A stretch of DNA of 46,419 bases from positions 1-46,419 of the forward strand of contig JAAZXI010000006.1 in assembly GCA_014240285.1 (NCBI GenBank), written 5' to 3'. The notes under the pieces are model-generated. The model was not told the DNA's origin. It searched no databases and saw nothing but the letters and a program-made list of their open reading frames with translations. The first letter of the stretch is position 1; every line of letters starts with the position of its first letter. The stretch is from Methanobacteriota archaeon (GTDB taxonomy: Archaea > Thermoplasmatota > Poseidoniia > Poseidoniales > Thalassarchaeaceae). This document shows, piece after piece, positions 23,991 through 30,283 of the stretch. Position numbers and translations under genes: made by a program.

Positions 23991-26561
23991 TCAGAACGAA
24001 TAGCTACAGACGACGCATACAGAGGCACCTATCTGGGCTTCAGAACCGCAGATCGGGCATACCTCACCCTCAGGCTCTGGCTCAGGCTCAGGTTCGGGTT
24101 CGGGCTCAGGTTCGGGCTCAGGTTCGGGCTCAGGTTCGGGCTCTGGATCCGGTGGCCTCTGCTCCTCGACCCATTCAGGTACATTGGGCTCCTCGTCGAC
24201 CTCTTCTCCAAAGGTGGCGCCGTGGAAATCCTGTGCGTCGGAGACCTTGTACTCTGACTCGGGGTCACCCTGAATCTCATAGGTCACCTCAATCCTCTCT
24301 CCTTGCTCAATCCTCCCGACCTTCCACTCCACGTGAGTCCCCTCTGGAGCCGACTGCTTCTCCATCTTGATGTCACGCTCGCCGTCAACAGAGGAACGTA
24401 CGGTCGATTTCTCTATGGAGAATGTACCAGGGATCACATCGTGCAGGGCGAGTTCATCGAGAGCGCTGTCAGAGTTGTTGATGAACATAAGCAGCACCTC
24501 GTACCTGCCTGCACTTCCCGCTGGAAAGACTTCCTTACCGGTGCTGATGTTTCTACGGCGGTGCACCACTCTCAACTGCGGTGGCCTCTCAACCGCCCTA
24601 ATGGCGACGGGCCCAAACCTCTCCGAGCCGAAATCGGCCCTGATTGGTGCTGCTAGGAGACCATTTCCAGGAGATGGGTCGGGGGCATGCAGAGGGTACC
24701 TCAGAACCATTGTCTTACCAGGCTGCAGACCCAATGGCGCCGAGGTCCCTACTGTAATCCTCAGACTGTTACCGCTGCTGTCCGGCGACACCAGCCTCTC
24801 TTCGAGCTGTGTGCCCTCAATGACCTCAATGAGGTACTGCTCCTCGTTCAGGTCGGCGCCCTCTATTTCGATACTCACATCGGACTCGGCTGGGGGCTCA
24901 AAGACACCGGGTACGTCGTCGAGCAGCCGCATCACGTTTATTGGAGCCGAGCCGGTGTTCTCAATTGAGATCGTAGCTTCCAAGTCCGAAGAGACGAAGG
25001 ACTTGATTCTAGATTTGTCGTACTGCTTTAGCAACCTAGCATCGAGCACCGTCAACTTCTGCTCCTTGAGGTCGATTGAGCCGCTCGAAGTGACCGAGAC
25101 CCTAGGAAGTATAGATGATCGGAACTCGTGCGTGAAACTCGGCGTGTCCGCCTCCACCCTCTTCTCCATCGAGCTCCAGCTGCCTTCGGGGGGGACATCT
25201 TGTCTGAGGTCGGATAAATCTAGGATGGGGTCATCCCTGCCCGACAACCAAACAGTGACTCCCGATAGAGTGACCACGAAAGAGGAGCGATTCTCAAAGA
25301 CTGACTTACAGTGCCATATTCCCGGACGGTCGTCCTCTACCTTGTCCACTCTCATCATGTGCAGCGTCGACGCAGATACACGATCGAAGTCAACTCTTGA
25401 AACTGCAGCCTCGGCCGAGTAGCCTGCCGAGGCTACTCCAGCGGATATTCTCTCCACCCCCTCAGTGGTGACCATGGGGGACAGTGAAAGGGTTCTGCTC
25501 TCCCCTACGTTCAGTCTGCCTATCTCCCATGTTATCGACGATTCGGAGACGATGTACTCTTGGCCGTCGGGAATGTCGAAGTTGTCCGGGAAACCCCTAC
25601 TGACCTCTACCTCCAGCAGAGGTACTGGAGAGGCGTTCTGTACCTCGATATGCATCTCGACCTCCTGCGGCTCGGTTGAGTAAACTAGGGATAGGCTGTC
25701 TTCCTGGTCCCTCTCTGGATTGGTGTCTATTACTTCCTTGAGGACCAACATTCTCGGCCCGCTGGCCGAATACGGAATCACTGTCTCCTCGGTGGCTTCG
25801 AGTTCGCGCACCGAAATCGAACGTCCGCCAATGTCTGTGGAGTCTGTCGATAAAAGCAGGACTTCAATGTCCCAAGCCCTATGCTTCTTGCTTGAGTTTC
25901 TCAGTATCAGCTCCCCTTCTATCGACTGCCGCCTGACCGATCCGTCCGGGTTAAGCGTCGAAGTCTCAATCTCACTCAAAGTCGCGTGCAATTTGTCCCC
26001 GGGTATCGCGTCCACCTCAGCGGCTGACCTCAAGTGAGGATGTGTTGCCGCCCCAACAACCGGCTTCGCGAGGGCTTCTGCCATCTCTTTGGCGGAGTCA
26101 ACAATCTCATTGGAAACTTCTACAATTCCTTCAAAAGCCGAGTCTACAGCACTGCTGGTCGAGCCGATGGCGAGTTCTCCAACAACTTCAGAAGTGACCT
26201 CAGAGACTACATCCACGACGTCTTCGACGGCACTCCCTAGAGCAGCGAGTGAATCCTGCAAGGAGGCTGTTTCCTCGGAATCAACGTCCTGTTCGGGCTC
26301 TTCCGGCTCATCGAAGCCCGGAGAAGGAGGCGGAGGAGCATCGAATCCAGGAGGGAGGGGAGGAGGTACCTCATGTTCTGATTCTGAGTCCGAGGAAATC
26401 TCTCTGTCCTCGAGCTCCATCATCCCCGGAGGAGGGGGGGGCGGTAGTGGCATCTGCTCTCTCTCTGAGTCGTCATCGTCTCCCTCATCGGAGCCAGGGG
26501 GAGGAGGAGGGGGAGGGGGAGGGGGAATTCCGGGGGGCAAAGGAGGAGGGTCTTCTGACAT
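23991..26561 (-). CDS. Large hypothetical protein. It has a Pro/acidic low-complexity N-terminus, repeated beta-sandwich-like modules, a (PE)13 tract and a C-terminal zinc ribbon.
   Basis: Single long ORF of 874 aa from ATG 26615, or 856 aa from ATG 26561 (MSEDPPPLPPG...). The shorter form leaves a TATA-like GGTATAACC in the divergent spacer. No signal peptide or TM is visible. It ends ...(PE)13-GEV-CPICG-x10-CVVCSYSF. Confidence 0.7.
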   Translation of the reverse strand: MSEDPPPLPPGIPPPPPPPPPPGSDEGDDDDSEREQMPLPPPPPPGMMELEDREISSDSESEHEVPPPLPPGFDAPPPPSPGFDEPEEPEQDVDSEETASLQDSLAALGSAVEDVVDVVSEVTSEVVGELAIGSTSSAVDSAFEGIVEVSNEIVDSAKEMAEALAKPVVGAATHPHLRSAAEVDAIPGDKLHATLSEIETSTLNPDGSVRRQSIEGELILRNSSKKHRAWDIEVLLLSTDSTDIGGRSISVRELEATEETVIPYSASGPRMLVLKEVIDTNPERDQEDSLSLVYSTEPQEVEMHIEVQNASPVPLLEVEVSRGFPDNFDIPDGQEYIVSESSITWEIGRLNVGESRTLSLSPMVTTEGVERISAGVASAGYSAEAAVSRVDFDRVSASTLHMMRVDKVEDDRPGIWHCKSVFENRSSFVVTLSGVTVWLSGRDDPILDLSDLRQDVPPEGSWSSMEKRVEADTPSFTHEFRSSILPRVSVTSSGSIDLKEQKLTVLDARLLKQYDKSRIKSFVSSDLEATISIENTGSAPINVMRLLDDVPGVFEPPAESDVSIEIEGADLNEEQYLIEVIEGTQLEERLVSPDSSGNSLRITVGTSAPLGLQPGKTMVLRYPLHAPDPSPGNGLLAAPIRADFGSERFGPVAIRAVERPPQLRVVHRRRNISTGKEVFPAGSAGRYEVLLMFINNSDSALDELALHDVIPGTFSIEKSTVRSSVDGERDIKMEKQSAPEGTHVEWKVGRIEQGERIEVTYEIQGDPESEYKVSDAQDFHGATFGEEVDEEPNVPEWVEEQRPPDPEPEPEPEPEPEPEPEPEPEPEPEPEGEVCPICGSEAQIGASVCVVCSYSF
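24069..24146. repeat. Hexanucleotide/dodecanucleotide tandem repeat encoding (PE)13
   Basis: 13 consecutive [Glu codon][Pro codon] hexamers. The 12-mer TTCGGGCTCAGG is perfect three times (24099..24134) plus one near copy (24135..24146). Confidence 0.9.
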
Positions 26562-26652
26562 GGTGCGGCCACCCCGATGGGTGGTCCCGGACAGCGCTTG
26601 GATTGGTATAACCATTGCTTGTCAGACTTTGAGTTGAATCTGGGCTTCACGA

Positions 26653-27531
26653 ATGGTTGAAATTCTCTGGCCATTGGGCGAGAGTGTGAGCAGTCAGGAC
26701 AGTACGGCCCCTCCGGTGCTATTTGTAGTGGGTACAGCCGGTGCTGGCAAGAGCTCTCTAGTTACCGCTTTCCAGAGGTGGGCTAGGTTCCTAGAGGTCG
26801 ATGCCCTCGCTATCAACCTCGATCCTGGTGCCGAGAAAGTGGATTACGACACGGAGTTTGATGTCAGAGAACTGGTTTCTCTGTCTGATGTCATGATTGA
26901 GTACGAACTTGGCCCCAATGGAGCCCAGATTCTGGCCGCCGACTTGGTGGCGTCTAGGGCTGACGAAGTCTTTGATGAGATTGAGGGGTTATCCTGCGAC
27001 ATACTAATTGTAGACACCCCGGGACAGGTGGAACTATTCGCCTTCAGAGAAGCCTCCAGCCACCTTGTGAGCGTCATAGGGCAGGGCAGGGCCTGTCTAA
27101 TCTTCCTCTTTGACCCGATGCTCTCACAGACCCCTAGTGGCTTTGTTTCGCAGATGCTGCTCTCATCGATAGTCCACTTCAGACTTGGACTGCCGACAGC
27201 TAACTTCCTATCCAAGTCCGATCTACTGGAGCCCGAAGCCCTCGAGAGGGTCCTAGATTGGGGAGAGAATCTTGACATCCTCGAAGCTGCATTGTACGAA
27301 GAGTCAGCTCAGCAGGCTCTGGACGCGCACTCCGGCGGCCAAAGGGCCGAGTTCGCGATAGGCCAACTGAGGATGATGCAGCACGCCTCAATACAGCCGG
27401 GACTGACTCCCCTCTCCAGCGAGCACGAAGAGGGGTTAGCTGATGTGCTGACCTTCGCCCAGACTATATTCGGAGGCATGGCAGATACAAGAGACGGATA
27501 TGCAGGAGACATTGAGCATGAGCGAGGCTGA
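26653..27531 (+). CDS. GPN-loop GTPase (PAB0955/Npa3 family)
   Basis: P-loop GTAGAGKSS, INLDPGAE, the eponymous LGPNGA motif and DTPGQVELF. Confidence 0.85.
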   Translation: MVEILWPLGESVSSQDSTAPPVLFVVGTAGAGKSSLVTAFQRWARFLEVDALAINLDPGAEKVDYDTEFDVRELVSLSDVMIEYELGPNGAQILAADLVASRADEVFDEIEGLSCDILIVDTPGQVELFAFREASSHLVSVIGQGRACLIFLFDPMLSQTPSGFVSQMLLSSIVHFRLGLPTANFLSKSDLLEPEALERVLDWGENLDILEAALYEESAQQALDAHSGGQRAEFAIGQLRMMQHASIQPGLTPLSSEHEEGLADVLTFAQTIFGGMADTRDGYAGDIEHERG

Positions 27532-28477
27532 GACGAAGAATGACTTGATGGCAATAGACGATGTCAACGACGAACTGGCTGACATCATAGACTGGGCTAT
27601 AGCGTTCAAGCACGGAGGCGATTTCAACTTCGACTTCAAACCCCTCGATGGCATGTCCATCGGCTCAATCTACGAGAAGCCCTCGACCAGAACTAGGGTG
27701 TCGTTCGAAGTTGGAGTCAACAGACTTGGAGGGCAACCGTTGACTTTACTTTCAAATGACATTCAACTAGGCAAGAGCGAGTCGATTGCTGACACGGCAG
27801 CGGTGCTGTCGCGCTTCCTAGATGGGATTACATACAGGTGCTTCAATCACGCCGACGCCGTAGAACTCGCCAAGCACGCAACAGTACCAGTAATCAACGC
27901 TCTCTCTGACCTGCACCACCCATGCCAAGCGGCAGCCGATCTGATGACGATAGTCGAACATGGGGGCAATGTGAACGGGCACATCGCTTGGGTGGGAGAC
28001 GGTAACAATGTGTTCCACGACCTGTTGCTCGCGGCCGTCGTACTGGGACGAGATGTGCACTACGCCACTCCAGTGGGTTTTGAGCCCGATGAATTGGTGA
28101 TGGAAAGGGCACAAAGGATAGCCACACGGACTGGCGCTAAGATTCTCAATTCCAACGATCCCGTCGAGGTAGTCAGTGGCGCCGGTGCGGTATACACTGA
28201 CATCTTCGTATCGATGGGAGAGGAGGACATCGAGGGCAAGTTCGATGCCTTCGAAGGTTTCCAAGTCAATGAAGAGTTGGTCGCCCACGCCGACCCTGGA
28301 TACCTGTTCATGCACTGCCTACCCGCTCACCGTGGAGAAGAAGTGACCGACGCGGTCATAGACTCGCCCAACAGTGTGGTCTTAGATCAAGCTGAGAACA
28401 GAATGTGGGCCCAGATGTCACTGCTAACCTACCTCTGCAATAATGATGCCTGGCACGCCTACAAGGAACTCACTTGA
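27500..28477 (+). CDS. argF: Ornithine carbamoyltransferase
   Basis: Carries STRTRVSFE, HPCQ, GDGNNV, SMGEE and HCLPAHRGEEV; the HPCQ/HCLP combination is OTCase-type rather than ATCase-type. ATG 27500 or 27518 overlaps the GPN gene end (32 or 14 nt). Confidence 0.85.
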   Translation: MQETLSMSEAETKNDLMAIDDVNDELADIIDWAIAFKHGGDFNFDFKPLDGMSIGSIYEKPSTRTRVSFEVGVNRLGGQPLTLLSNDIQLGKSESIADTAAVLSRFLDGITYRCFNHADAVELAKHATVPVINALSDLHHPCQAAADLMTIVEHGGNVNGHIAWVGDGNNVFHDLLLAAVVLGRDVHYATPVGFEPDELVMERAQRIATRTGAKILNSNDPVEVVSGAGAVYTDIFVSMGEEDIEGKFDAFEGFQVNEELVAHADPGYLFMHCLPAHRGEEVTDAVIDSPNSVVLDQAENRMWAQMSLLTYLCNNDAWHAYKELT

Positions 28478-29365
28478 TTACGCCAGAACTGAGCTTCCGA
28501 GGAAGGCAGCGAGGGCTAAATACATAGATTTCTTGATAAGTTGCTGTGCCGCGTGATCCTCCGAAGTCATCAGTTTACCCTTTACCATGAGCAGTAGTAC
28601 TACTGCTGGAATAACTCCCAACAAGTGTGGTTCAGGAAAGACTCCGATGCCAAATGGCAGGAGCAGTGATACCAGTGTCAGCAAGAGGAGGATCCATGCT
28701 GCCGTCCGGGCATTCTCAGGTCCGACTCGCATGGCGTAGGTGTTCCTACCTTCGTCACCCTCCATGTCTTCGATGTCCTTGACAATCTCTCGGGCTAGGT
28801 TGTACAGCACCCCCATGGTGAACATCGCCCAAGCGCGCTCGTTGAACGGCTCGAATACGCCAGCAGCCCCGAATAGAACGACCATTCCCACTGATAGACT
28901 AATTGCGATATTGCCTGGAAGCCCCCTCTCCTTGAGACGGAGACTGTACGAGCCGGTTGACTCGTAGTTAGCCAACAAGAATAGTGCCCCGGACCATATC
29001 GCGAGGGCTGGGTACCACCCTTCGATTCCCCCCTCCATATTCCCGGCGATGCTGAGTGCCCCGGTAATCGAGAGAAGTGATGCTGCCATCATCACGGCTA
29101 TGCCCCTCTTGGCCGATGCCTCTGAGATGACTCCTGAAGGGAGTGGTCTGTTGGGCCGGTTGACTCTGTCAATCTCAAGATCAAGGTAGTCGTTGAGGGC
29201 GTTCCAAGAGCACATGAAGGACCAGACCGAGATAGCCTGTAGGGTCGTAATCAACGCGAGTTGTCCCTCAGGCAAGCCACCAAGTGCGAGCATCGAGCCG
29301 AGGAATACGCCAAGTACGCCTGTGGTCGAGTTGCCAGCCCTGAAAAGGACCCACCACGAACTCAT
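28478..29365 (-). CDS. UbiA-family prenyltransferase, most like digeranylgeranylglyceryl phosphate synthase
   Basis: NALNDYLDLEIDRVNRPNRPLPSG motif and multiple TMs. The TTG 29512 start was trimmed to ATG 29365, because the extension overlaps the upstream small gene. Its stop abuts the argF stop (0-nt gap). Confidence 0.7.
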   Translation of the reverse strand: MSSWWVLFRAGNSTTGVLGVFLGSMLALGGLPEGQLALITTLQAISVWSFMCSWNALNDYLDLEIDRVNRPNRPLPSGVISEASAKRGIAVMMAASLLSITGALSIAGNMEGGIEGWYPALAIWSGALFLLANYESTGSYSLRLKERGLPGNIAISLSVGMVVLFGAAGVFEPFNERAWAMFTMGVLYNLAREIVKDIEDMEGDEGRNTYAMRVGPENARTAAWILLLLTLVSLLLPFGIGVFPEPHLLGVIPAVVLLLMVKGKLMTSEDHAAQQLIKKSMYLALAAFLGSSVLA

Positions 29366-29423
29366 CGCACCGCTGTTGCTCACGCCCTGACTCGCGGCCC
29401 CTCTAACTTGATTGCTTCCCCGG

Positions 29424-29678
29424 TCAGGGGGTGACTTGCGCAGCTTGTAGTGCGAGCCCCCAGACACAGACGGTGTACGTGCTGCCTCTGAACTGTCCGC
29501 GTACGTGTCCAACTTTGGAGAATCGGATGTCCTTGGCTAGAATGTTACCGACCTGGTTCATGGTAGCACCCCAGCGAAATCTGCTGTTGAGATGGTCAAA
29601 TATCTCGACAGTGTTCGCGGTGTCGTTCTCTTTGAGGTAAATTCGCACCTCCTCACGGAGTCGCCGTGTCCTAGACAT
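29424..29678 (-). CDS. Small winged-helix-like hypothetical protein (84 aa)
   Basis: EVRIYLKENDTANTVEIFDHLNSRF....MNQVGNILAKDIRFSKVG looks like a wHTH. Its ATG overlaps the upstream stop (TGATG). Confidence 0.5.
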   Translation of the reverse strand: MSRTRRLREEVRIYLKENDTANTVEIFDHLNSRFRWGATMNQVGNILAKDIRFSKVGHVRGQFRGSTYTVCVWGLALQAAQVTP

Positions 29679-29953
29679 CAGGCCACCGCCGTGGGAGTGA
29701 CCTGACTCGCACGCAGTCTGTCATGCAGGCCCTGCCAACTCGAGGGGCTGATGTTGATTTGCGCTGCCAAGCGCGGCATGGGCCCCCAAGAGTCGTGGTC
29801 AGAGACCACTCCGGTGGCGCTGACCAGCGCTGGGTCTGATGACCCGAGTGCTGATGCGTTCGTTCTTCGCAGGGTCGCTAGGGATACCACCCTGCAGGGC
29901 TCTGGGCGCTTCCTGTAGAGGAGGGGCGCTGTGTCGTTAGGTTGTCCGTTCAT
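29678..29953 (-). CDS. Small hypothetical protein (91 aa), possible HTH
   Basis: ATG start, translationally coupled to the downstream 84-aa ORF. PRLAAQINISPSSWQGL resembles an HTH helix pair. Weak call. Confidence 0.4.
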   Translation of the reverse strand: MNGQPNDTAPLLYRKRPEPCRVVSLATLRRTNASALGSSDPALVSATGVVSDHDSWGPMPRLAAQINISPSSWQGLHDRLRASQVTPTAVA

Positions 29954-30003
29954 GGGGGTATGTCATGACTTCAGCATATCAAGCGAGGCAATAGTCCCGA
30001 GGA

Positions 30004-30021
30004 GTGAAAGTGAAAGTGAAG
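30004..30021. repeat. (GTGAAA)x3 tandem hexamer in a divergent intergenic region
   Basis: GTGAAAGTGAAAGTGAAG lies between the 91-aa gene start (29953) and tRNA-Glu (30086). Confidence 0.8.
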
Positions 30022-30050
30022 GAATAGGCAATCAGGCTCTCAAGGCATTG

Positions 30051-30060
30051 TTTTCTTAAG
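30051..30060 (+). promoter_or_regulatory. TATA-like box upstream of tRNA-Glu
   Basis: TTTTCTTAAG is centred about 30 nt upstream of the tRNA 5' end. Confidence 0.3.
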
Positions 30061-30085
30061 CGGACGGCCGGTCGCCGGGAATCAC

Positions 30086-30163
30086 GCTCGTGTAGTGTAG
30101 TTCGGTCCATCATGATGGACTCTCGATCCGTCGACCCGGGTTCAAATCCCGGCACGAGCACCA
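30086..30163 (+). tRNA. tRNA-Glu (anticodon CTC), CCA encoded
   Basis: GCTCGTG...ATGGA-CTCTCGA-TCCGT...CCGGGTTCAAATCCCGG-CACGAGC-A-CCA. TTTT follows immediately (30164..30167). Confidence 0.9.
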
Positions 30164-30283
30164 TTTTGACTAATATTCGGGCAGATCTTAGATTGAGAAA
30201 AAATTAGTGATAATGGATTACCAATCTGAATCGGAAATCAGTTCCGGAGAACTTCTTATTAGGTCGGAACGAGAAGAAGGGGC

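Noticed and set aside
24069-24146. Regular short repeats that might suggest a CRISPR array
   Set aside because: The units are 6/12 nt, contiguous with no spacers, in frame inside a CDS, and encode PE dipeptides. No CRISPR-like repeat-spacer structure exists anywhere in the window.
24367-25422. 351-aa ORF on the + strand, one of the longest in the track
   Set aside because: It lies entirely antisense to the 874-aa gene. Its Ser/Leu/Thr-rich, motif-free composition is what the reverse complement of an E/D/V-rich frame gives. The sense gene has recognisable repeats, a zinc ribbon and operon context.
26089-26637. 182-aa Gly/Ser-rich ORF (and 26249..26611) on the + strand
   Set aside because: It is antisense to the poly-proline/acidic N-terminus of the large gene; GGN runs are the complement of CCN proline codons.
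27818-28315. 165-aa ORF antisense to argF
   Set aside because: argF on the + strand has every OTCase motif. The antisense frame has none and no plausible start context.
29366-29512. TTG-initiated 49-aa N-terminal extension of the UbiA prenyltransferase
   Set aside because: It overlaps the 3' end of the upstream 84-aa gene by 89 nt and is hydrophilic. ATG 29365 gives a typical ~295-aa enzyme starting at TM1.
29424-29700. Similar 12-mers (GGGRGTGACYTG on the + strand) at the 3' ends of both small HTH-like genes, giving a shared ...QVTP peptide
   Set aside because: The match is only 10 of 12 positions at two sites, which is well within chance for GC-rich sequence.
30207-30229. C/D-box-like arrangement GTGATAA - 12 nt - CTGA in the AT-rich leader after tRNA-Glu
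   Set aside because: The C box has a mismatch. No C'/D pair or terminal stem could be found downstream on either strand, and chance occurrence in AT-rich sequence is likely.
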